Assembly (NCBI GenBank): GCA_017883235.1 | Contig: JADGNY010000012.1 | Location: 6,091 to 70,090 of the forward strand | Direction: 5' to 3' | DNA from: Thermoanaerobaculia bacterium | GTDB lineage: Bacteria > Acidobacteriota > Thermoanaerobaculia > Gp7-AA8 | Length of the DNA: 64,000 bases | Shown here: positions 9,681 to 16,826 of the stretch, piece by piece | How positions within the stretch are numbered: the first letter of the stretch is position 1 | Layout: each line of letters opens with the position of its first letter | Position numbers and translations under genes: made by a program | Notes under the pieces: model-generated | Databases searched by the model: none | What the model was told of the DNA's origin: nothing | Seen by the model: only the letters and a program-made list of their open reading frames with translations

Positions 9681-10268
9681 ATGGAAACCGACTCACCAGC
9701 GCCGGATGTCCGGACTCAACCGAGCGTCGCGGCCGCAAACGGCACCAGCGCAGCAACGGGAGAACCGGTGCGGCCTACAGCCGTCCCATTCGCTGAGGTT
9801 TACGAGCGGTACGCACGCTTGCTGCGCGTGATCGCCGTCCGTGACTTTCACGTGCCCTTTGGCGATGCCGAGGCCATCGTTCACGACATTTTCCTCTGCT
9901 ACTTTGCCCATCCCGGCGTAGTCCGAGGCGACGTGAAGGCGTATCTCTGTAGTGCGGTGCGCAACGGATGTATCGACTACTTGCGAAAGCGCGGCAGAGA
10001 GCGAGCCGTATTCGAGGACGTGGAGGATGTTCCGGCAGACAGCACTCTTCCGGACCGCGTAGCGGTGCGTCTTGCGATGGCCGAGACGATGGCGCGCCTT
10101 CGGCCGCGCTGCCGGGACGCGCTCCGTTGCTTTCATCTGGAGAACAAATCGAGCGCGGTGGTCGCCGCGGAGCTGAACGCCTCTCCGACGTACGTGCGCC
10201 AGTTGCTGCATCACTGCCGGAAAGCGGCCCGTCAGATTTTCGAGGAGCTGACGCGAGTGACGCCATGA
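9681..10268 (+). CDS. ECF-type sigma-70 factor
   Basis: Region 2 (DAEAIVHDIF, AYLCSAVRNGCIDYLRKR) and region 4 (LRPRCRDAL...VAAELN...VRQLLH). Confidence 0.85.
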   Translation: METDSPAPDVRTQPSVAAANGTSAATGEPVRPTAVPFAEVYERYARLLRVIAVRDFHVPFGDAEAIVHDIFLCYFAHPGVVRGDVKAYLCSAVRNGCIDYLRKRGRERAVFEDVEDVPADSTLPDRVAVRLAMAETMARLRPRCRDALRCFHLENKSSAVVAAELNASPTYVRQLLHHCRKAARQIFEELTRVTP

Positions 10269-11611
10269 CCCATATCGATGACGATGCTCTCCAGGAATAC
10301 GCGGCCGACGTACATGGCACGCTACCCGGCCGCCCAGAAATCGAAGCCCACCTGAACGTATGTCTGCATTGCAGAACTCGCCTCGGCTCGTCCGACATGT
10401 TTCTCGAGACGATTGCCTCACCGGAGGCGTGGGAAACGGCCGAAGCGGCCGTTGACGCCGAAGGAGACCGGCAGCGGCTCGTCGCGTTCGCCGCCCGTGT
10501 CCAGCACGAATACGCCGAGGCCGAAGCAAGGCTGGCCCCGTTTCTGAAAAACCCTCTCGCGTTCCTCCGGATGCGCGTCGAACGGCGGCAGGAGTACCGG
10601 ACCGCGGGAGCGGTGAGATTGCTCGTCGAAGCCGCCCACGCGTCCTGCGAGCGTGAGCCGATGCATGCACGCAATATTGCCGAAGCGGCAGTGGCGATTG
10701 CCGATCAACTGCCGCTCGCCGAGTATCCCGCGCCGGTCCTGTTCATGCTTCACGGTCTGGCGTGGAAAGAGCGCGCCAACGCAATGCGGTTCATTGGCGA
10801 ATACCAGGAAGCGATTGTCTCGCTCGACCGTTCGGAACGAGAGTTCCAGCGGCTGCCGATGCGCTCGATCGAGCTCGGAAACATCGCCTACACTCGGGCG
10901 GTCGTGCTCACGTACATGGACAGGCTCGATGAGGCGGAGCGCTTTGCGGCTGAGAGCGCCGGCCTGTTCGCGGCGTTTGGGGATACGGAACGGTGGCTTC
11001 TCTCGACAGCCGCGCAGGCAGCGATCCTCTATTACCGGTCGGACTACACGGCAGCGCTGGCGATCTTCGAGCGACTGCTGAAGGTTGCGGAGGCGGACAA
11101 CAACCCGATGGAGACAGCCCGAAATTCGTCAAATGTCGGTGTCTGTTGCGTCCAGATTGGCAACACAGCTCGCGCTGCGGGATGTCTGCTAGTAGCTCAT
11201 CGAATTTTCGTCGAGTTGCAGAACAAACCTGAACTCGTGCGGATCGAACGATGGTTGGGAGTACTTTCTCGGGTCGGCGGCAATGTCACAGATTCCGTGG
11301 TTCGTCTGCGCTCAGCACGAACCGAATTCGACCGGCTCGGTCTGCTCTACGATGCCGGGCTCGCTACGATTGACTTGGTTGAATCGCTCATCGTTGCGGG
11401 GCAGACTAGCGAGATTCCAAAGCTCTGCTCGGAGGCAATGCGATATATTCGGCGTGCTGGTAACCGTCGGCAGGCTTTGATCGCAGCGGCGTACTTGAAG
11501 GAAGCTGCGGGCCTGCACCAGCTCACCTTGCCGAAGGTGGAGCACGTCAGAAAGTTCGTGCAACGGCTTGACGCTCGCCCCTCTCTTCGCTTCGAACCGC
11601 CCGCCGACTAA
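10265..11611 (+). CDS. Soluble zinc-finger anti-sigma (ZAS/zf-HC2) plus TPR-like helical repeat protein
   Basis: ATGA coupling to sigma; MTH...EAHLNVCLHC (H-x3-C-x2-C); Ala/Leu-rich helical repeats (AWKERANAMRFIGEYQEA, YMDRLDEAERF); no TM segment seen. Confidence 0.75.
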   Translation: MTHIDDDALQEYAADVHGTLPGRPEIEAHLNVCLHCRTRLGSSDMFLETIASPEAWETAEAAVDAEGDRQRLVAFAARVQHEYAEAEARLAPFLKNPLAFLRMRVERRQEYRTAGAVRLLVEAAHASCEREPMHARNIAEAAVAIADQLPLAEYPAPVLFMLHGLAWKERANAMRFIGEYQEAIVSLDRSEREFQRLPMRSIELGNIAYTRAVVLTYMDRLDEAERFAAESAGLFAAFGDTERWLLSTAAQAAILYYRSDYTAALAIFERLLKVAEADNNPMETARNSSNVGVCCVQIGNTARAAGCLLVAHRIFVELQNKPELVRIERWLGVLSRVGGNVTDSVVRLRSARTEFDRLGLLYDAGLATIDLVESLIVAGQTSEIPKLCSEAMRYIRRAGNRRQALIAAAYLKEAAGLHQLTLPKVEHVRKFVQRLDARPSLRFEPPAD

Positions 11612-11701
11612 GTTCCACCTCAAACAATCGGAGCACCCCCACGTCGTATCTTCGGGCGCGCCCTCCAAAACCGCCGGAACCAGCCGGCACAAGGAGGGTG
11701 T

Positions 11702-11884
11702 ATGCGAAGTCTATCGAGGGTATTTCTCCGCCTGTTGGTCGTCTGCCTGCTCACCGTAACGCTGTTTGCGCCCATCGCCACCGCCACTGCCACCCGGCAA
11801 TCGGTGTCGACGCACGCCCGCAAGGGGATCATTGCTCGCATCCTCGACTACGTCTTGCCGGACATCAGTCTGCCCCCCGGCTGA
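11702..11884 (+). CDS. 60-aa secreted peptide, copy 1 (ends PDISLPPG)
   Basis: AAGGAGG RBS; basic n-region, hydrophobic core LLVVCLLTVTLF, A-x-A cleavage site; reading frame kept in the duplicate. Confidence 0.8.
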   Translation: MRSLSRVFLRLLVVCLLTVTLFAPIATATATRQSVSTHARKGIIARILDYVLPDISLPPG

Positions 11885-11935
11885 GCGGCGCAAGGAGTGG
11901 GTGACCGTCGGAACCAGCCGGCACAAGGAGGGTGT

Positions 11936-12118
11936 ATGCGAAGTCTATCGAGGGTATTTCTCCGGCTGTTGGTCGTCTGCCTGCTCAGCGTAACCCTGTT
12001 TGCGCCCATCGCCACCGCCACTGCCACCCGTCAATCGGGATCGAGGCACGCCCGCAAGGGGATCATTGCTCGCATCCTCGACTACGTCCTGCCGGACATC
12101 AATCTGCCCCCCGGCTGA
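11936..12118 (+). CDS. 60-aa secreted peptide, copy 2 (ends PDINLPPG)
   Basis: 234-bp tandem duplicate including the RBS; 56/60 aa identical to copy 1. Confidence 0.8.
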   Translation: MRSLSRVFLRLLVVCLLSVTLFAPIATATATRQSGSRHARKGIIARILDYVLPDINLPPG

Positions 12119-12126
12119 GCTGTGCA

Positions 12127-12155
12127 GGGAGTGGGTGAGATTTTCACCCACTCCC
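12127..12155 (+). terminator. Stem-loop after the peptide genes
   Basis: GGGAGTGGGTGA-GATTT-TCACCCACTCCC; no clear U-tract. Confidence 0.6.
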
Positions 12156-12248
12156 GTCGTTGCCCCGAAAATAGTTTCGGCAGAGGGTAGGAATCGCCTA
12201 TTGCCGTCACTCTACCTTGGCAGACGCGGCGCGATGCCGCCCGAGGCG

Positions 12249-12641
12249 ATGACAGCGGTTAAGCGATCTACCCCACGGCGAACCAGCCTTGACGACGAAC
12301 GTGCGTTGTACCGACGCGCCGTCGATACCTATCTCGCGGGCTGCTATCGGGCACGCTCGCGTGCGACTGCCTCGGAGTTCGCCCAGGGCTTCGGAGTGAC
12401 AGGTCCGTCACTCACCCGCATCTTCCGGCGGCTGTTTGGACAGACGCCGCTCCAGTATTTTCGCGTGCGTCAGCTACAGCACGCGGCGGAGCTTCTGGAG
12501 CGGTCGTCGCGACCCATGGATGAAATTGCGGTCCGCTCCGCGCTCGGAACCCGTGCAACGCTGTTTCGTCTCTTCGTCGAGCAGTTCGGTATGACGCCGG
12601 AGGAGTACCGCCGTGAAGGTGCGCATGCAGGCAAAAAATGA
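12249..12641 (+). CDS. Small AraC-type DNA-binding protein (HTH domain only)
   Basis: LTRIFRRLFGQTPLQYF...AAELL...IAVRSALG...LFRLFVEQFGMTPEEYR; start 12249 or 12234. Confidence 0.8.
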   Translation: MTAVKRSTPRRTSLDDERALYRRAVDTYLAGCYRARSRATASEFAQGFGVTGPSLTRIFRRLFGQTPLQYFRVRQLQHAAELLERSSRPMDEIAVRSALGTRATLFRLFVEQFGMTPEEYRREGAHAGKK

Positions 12642-12648
12642 GACTTCC
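12633..12648 (+). promoter_or_regulatory. Repeated 16-bp motif AAAAAATGAGACTTCC, copy 1
   Basis: Identical copy at 12938-12953; begins 60 bp before ORF 12693. Confidence 0.5.
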
Positions 12649-12692
12649 CTCTTTCCGCCATCAAACCTAACGTTATTCTCCGAGCGAAACGA

Positions 12693-12929
12693 ATGAACGC
12701 ACTAAGCCAATCCAAGCGCATGGGAACTGCCGTGGGAAATCTGCCGGTTCCGGGCCGCATCGATCTCCGGCAGGAGATCGTCGACAATCTGGTGTCGATG
12801 CTCCTCCAAGGCGAAGAGATTCTTACGCTGCTGGAGCCCGCTGAGGCGAACGCCTTCCGATGGATCGAACGACACGTAAAGAGGGCGTATGACGAGGTGA
12901 ACGAAGTTCTCCTACAGCTCGTGGATTGA
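12693..12929 (+). CDS. Hypothetical small helical protein (78 aa)
   Basis: ORF fills the gap between the two motif copies; no family recognised. Confidence 0.5.
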   Translation: MNALSQSKRMGTAVGNLPVPGRIDLRQEIVDNLVSMLLQGEEILTLLEPAEANAFRWIERHVKRAYDEVNEVLLQLVD

Positions 12930-12937
12930 GATGCGGT

Positions 12938-12953
12938 AAAAAATGAGACTTCC
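12938..12953 (+). promoter_or_regulatory. Repeated 16-bp motif AAAAAATGAGACTTCC, copy 2
   Basis: Identical to 12633-12648; begins 58 bp before ORF 12996. Confidence 0.5.
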
Positions 12954-12995
12954 TTCCGCCCTCATTCGCACGTACTGTGGCCGTTACGTGAGCTT

Positions 12996-13289
12996 ATGGA
13001 AGAAACGATCGGGATGCCCTTGGTTTGGACGCCCGTGATGCGGAAACGCGTGACGTATCGCAGTATCGCCACCACGCGGTTGGAGAGATTCATCCGTGCC
13101 CGGAGCCTTAGACCGGCCCAGGTGGGCAGAGCTTCCGGCGTCCACCGCGCACGACTGCGAATCTGGCGTAGCGGGGCAGCTTCGCCAACTCTTTCGAGTA
13201 TTCGCAAACTCGTGCGAGGCATGCGCAAGCTGACCGATGACCTTCAGATCACGGCAAACGATCTCTTTCCGCTCGACGACGATGGATAG
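12996..13289 (+). CDS. Small XRE/Cro-like HTH protein, paralog 1
   Basis: TRLERFIRARSLRPAQVGRASGVHRARLRIWRSG...PTL; ends ITANDLFPLDDDG; start may be 13038. Confidence 0.65.
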   Translation: MEETIGMPLVWTPVMRKRVTYRSIATTRLERFIRARSLRPAQVGRASGVHRARLRIWRSGAASPTLSSIRKLVRGMRKLTDDLQITANDLFPLDDDG

Positions 13290-13539
13290 GCATCCACCGC
13301 GGCTCCGAGGAAAAACACGCCTCGATCGCTTCCTGGTTGCCAGGGGGATCGGGATTGCGGGGTTTGTCGAGGAGACCGGCCTCAGCAGACAGTGGTTGCA
13401 GCGCGTTCGCTTCGGCGACGCGGAACCTACTGCCATGTCCATTCCGCGTTTCGTCAAAGCCGCCCGTCTCTTGGCAAAGGACGACTCAATCAAGGCAAAC
13501 GATTTGTTTCCACTCGACGACGATGACAGTCCGCAATAA
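13282..13539 (+). CDS. Small XRE/Cro-like HTH protein, paralog 2
   Basis: TRLDRFLVARGI...ETGLSRQWLQRVRFG..EPT; ends IKANDLFPLDDDD; overlaps the previous stop. Confidence 0.65.
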   Translation: MDRHPPRLRGKTRLDRFLVARGIGIAGFVEETGLSRQWLQRVRFGDAEPTAMSIPRFVKAARLLAKDDSIKANDLFPLDDDDSPQ

Positions 13540-13759
13540 AGCACCGCGCTCGCCTCTGGAAGCCACGTTCATCAAGTACCGCCTTGAGGTGACGACGGTT
13601 GCGCGCCTAGCCGGGACAAACAGGATGCGCATCAACCGGCTTTTACGCGGCATAGCTCCTGCCCGTGGCCCCTTTCGAGCCCGTCTCCTTAAGGTAATTC
13701 GATATTTGGCAGATAGCCAGTCCATCACCGAGGCCGATCTGTTTTCAGCTGATGGATAG
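13523..13759 (+). CDS. Small XRE/Cro-like HTH protein, paralog 3 (diverged)
   Basis: VARLAGTNRMRINRLLRG; ends SITEADLFSADG; overlaps the previous gene. Confidence 0.55.
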   Translation: MTVRNKAPRSPLEATFIKYRLEVTTVARLAGTNRMRINRLLRGIAPARGPFRARLLKVIRYLADSQSITEADLFSADG

Positions 13760-13870
13760 TGGCTCCCGAACGCACACAGAATATGCCGGTAGACGCGAGA
13801 GGCAAACGCGCCCTTTAGCAGGGAGCTCATCGCACTCTGAGCGTCTCGCGCGAAGAAAAAGGGGGCACAT

Positions 13871-14089
13871 ATGGCAGCTGGAGTCATCTCGCGTCTCTTC
13901 TGGTCTGTACTTTTCCTTGGTTGTATGAGTTCTCGCCCCACCGTCTCATCGGGTTCGCAAACCTGCCCCGACAAGAACGGAGGGGTTGAGCAAAGTGCCT
14001 CCGTTACATGTCGAGCGGGGTTCCTGCCGGAGTGCTCCGGCTGCGGATCACAGGCTCCGACGTGCCGTTGCGTTCCCGTTCCTAAGTAA
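13871..14089 (+). CDS. Small Cys-rich putative lipoprotein (72 aa)
   Basis: Hydrophobic stretch ending LFLGC, then six further Cys. Confidence 0.45.
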   Translation: MAAGVISRLFWSVLFLGCMSSRPTVSSGSQTCPDKNGGVEQSASVTCRAGFLPECSGCGSQAPTCRCVPVPK

Positions 14090-14154
14090 GGTCTCCTTCG
14101 TGCAGCAGCGAATCCCGCGTTTGCCATTCTAGGTGGACAAGCATGCAGTACTTA

Positions 14155-14183
14155 TTGACAAATGGTCAGCCGACGCCTAAATT
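14155..14183 (+). promoter_or_regulatory. Sigma70-type promoter
   Basis: TTGACA-17 bp-TAAATT, followed by AAAGGAGG RBS and ATG at 14220. Confidence 0.65.
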
Positions 14184-14219
14184 AGACCTTGATATGTCGA
14201 AGTAGAAAGGAGGTACAAG

Positions 14220-15932
14220 ATGCTCCGAAAGGCCGTATTTCTCACCAGTCTGGTTCTTATCGCAGCAGTGGCGATGGGACAGCAAAGCGACGCGGCATTC
14301 TGGCAGACGCCCGGCAACACGGTGCGTGATGCAAAGGGCAACATTACCTACACACAGGTCAAGGATCCGAAGAACTTTACGGTGAAGATTTTCGATCGAG
14401 GACAGTGGGTCACCTATCACTACGAGCCGAACAGTACGAAGGTGGCGAAGGTTGAGGGGCCCGACACGTCGGAAGACTACCTGTACGACGGCGACTATTG
14501 GAACGGTTTGACCGTTCACGCGCACGGCCGTGCGCACACCATTCATGCTACGGATACGACCGCTGTGGCCGACGGCATGCCGGCCATCACGATCGAACGT
14601 GACGCAAGGAACCGTGACATTGCGGTGAAGCGCGGAAACGATGTCGTTGCAACCATCAGTTACGATGCAGCGGGGCAGGTGCGGCGTCTGACGATCGGGA
14701 CAATGACGCTTGATTTTTCAATCCAACCCGACGGCATTCATGAGGTATTGACGGCGAACGGAGCAGTGCTCATCACGACCGTGGCAAAAGGGAAGGGCAA
14801 GAGGCAATTTCCAATATCGCTCGATCCCGTCACGGACCGATTGGGCCTAGTATCCGACTGGCGCAATACAGTACGCGTAAAAAGCAGCGCGACCGGATCG
14901 CTGCTTTCGGTGAGTGATGCCTTGAGCCGGCCAATCGCAGAAATGGTGCAACTAGGATCGGTGTTTGCTGCTTTTGACACCAAGGGTGCGCCACTGTTCT
15001 ACGACCTACGGCTGAGCTACACCGCCCTTCTGGAACGCGGTGACAGCGACACCGGTCCCGACCCGACGACGGAGTTGAATGGCGTGTTGCCCAATCGCCT
15101 GATCGTCCCAGTCACGGGCGACGCGTCAGCGTACGTATCGTCTCCTGCAGACGGCTCAATCTCCAGTCTTTGGACATCTATTGGGAACGCGACGTCAACA
15201 GTTCGTTTTGTCGTGTATCACGAATCAGCGAAGGCAAACGGCGCCAATCTGCGAAATCCGCCGGTGACATCATCATCGGCAGTGGTTGGGGACGTCCAGC
15301 CCACCGGCGATCATGGACCATCGCGCCGCTCATGATGTGGCAATGCGGCTCCCAGGAACAGTGGTCATGCGACTCCTCAGGCGGGTCGGGCTATTGCTAC
15401 AATTACTATACGCCGGTTTACTGTGACAGCGGCGGTGGAGGTGGCTATGACCCGCCGCCCGATGATAGCGGTGGTAGCAATGCAGGTACGGCTACGGGCA
15501 CCAGGTAAACAGCGACCCTGCGCTTAAGGTCGCAGTAAACAATGCGCTGAACAGTGCTGTCGGCAAGTTTGCGAACACACGCTGTAGCCAGGATTTGTTT
15601 AAAGATACCAAACTCACAGGCGGCACAACGAGTCTCGCCGATGTGCTTGCTCAGGCTGGCAACGACGCGGCGAGTTGGCTGACGAGTTCGTTGACGTACA
15701 TCAATGGGTTTACGAACGGCTCATGTGCGGACCACCCGCCGTTACGACTGTAAACAACAAGACTGTTAGCGTGTGCACGTCATTCAAGAACCTGGGACCC
15801 TCCCAAGGCGCCGTGATTCTCATCCATGAGGAATTACACACCCTCGGCCTGACGGAGAAACCTGGCTATCCGGATGCTGCGATGGACTCGTCGCAGATCA
15901 CGCAGTTGGTCATGGACTATTGCGGCGGATAA
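14220..15932 (+). pseudogene. Exported YD-like beta-repeat protein with C-terminal HExxH metallopeptidase-like domain, split by three -1 frameshifts
   Basis: Signal peptide; RDAKGNITY, YLYDGD, ISYDAAGQV; Cys/Gly-rich linker; ILIHEELHTLG. Coding-like frames step by -1 near 15290, 15497 and 15736. Confidence 0.65.
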
Positions 15933-16350
15933 TGGTTACGGCAGCGTTGTAATCAGGTCACCCACCCCCTTACATCAAGAACCTCGCATTAGGTCGCTTT
16001 TTGCGGTTCTCGGTTCTGGGTCTGTCTCGTGTGACGGCTTCGGTTTGGCGGAGCCGTCACGGTCGTCGTCGAACAAGTCGCGCCAGACACTGCTCTCCTG
16101 GAGAGAACGACCGTCGAACCGAACCTTCTCATGAAAGCGATTTCCGACTGATGCGAGAGAGAGCAGAAAGACATGACTGTTATGGCGGCTGGCGGCCGAA
16201 CCTCACCTCGAAAGGCACGCCTGCTTCAACCTCGTGCCACTTGCCCCGCGTAATGATGGACCGGGACCGGACGATCAGACGTATCATCACCGATGGCACA
16301 TAGTTCGCAACTTTGACCACCGATTCCTAAGCCAGCCGTCCGCGAAGACC

Positions 16351-16731
16351 ATGACCCACACTATTCAGGACATCGCCGAAGCACTGCTGCGACATCTCGC
16401 GGCGACAGAGAACGACAAAGAAGCAAATTATTGGGCATGGGAGTGCGTCGAAGCCATGATCGACGACGGCAGTGCGTTGGAAGCCTGGTCGGTAATTTTG
16501 CGTGCAATCCGGCTTGCACCCACTGATCGGGAATTGAGATTCCTTGGTGCTGGTGTTCTGGAGTCATTGCTGCACCGTCGCGGCTCAGAGGTTATCGACG
16601 CTGTTTCGCAACAGGCTGAGCATGAACCTAGAATTATGACAGCTTTGAGAGCCGCATACCTATCCGATGCCGACGAAATGGTGCGGCGGCGAGTTGAGCA
16701 GCTTGCCCGTAAGGTGAGCGTTGATGGCTGA
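16351..16731 (+). CDS. DUF6869-like small helical protein (possible immunity-type)
   Basis: WAWECV...AWSVIL...LGAGVLESLLHRRG pattern. Confidence 0.55.
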   Translation: MTHTIQDIAEALLRHLAATENDKEANYWAWECVEAMIDDGSALEAWSVILRAIRLAPTDRELRFLGAGVLESLLHRRGSEVIDAVSQQAEHEPRIMTALRAAYLSDADEMVRRRVEQLARKVSVDG

Positions 16732-16826
16732 GATCGCGATCGGTGGAAGAATGGTGTCGCCCGGAGCCGCGGAGGTACGAGGCATAAAAGACGGTCGCGG
16801 CGGTCGCGATGAGCGGAGACGCATTC

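Noticed and set aside
11702-12118. RiPP precursor peptides
   Set aside because: Sec-type signal rather than a RiPP leader, and no modifying enzyme or peptidase-transporter adjacent; the radical SAM at 589 fits heme synthesis
15933-16350. Cognate immunity gene directly after the HExxH protein
   Set aside because: Only short fragmentary frames; no ORF can be supported
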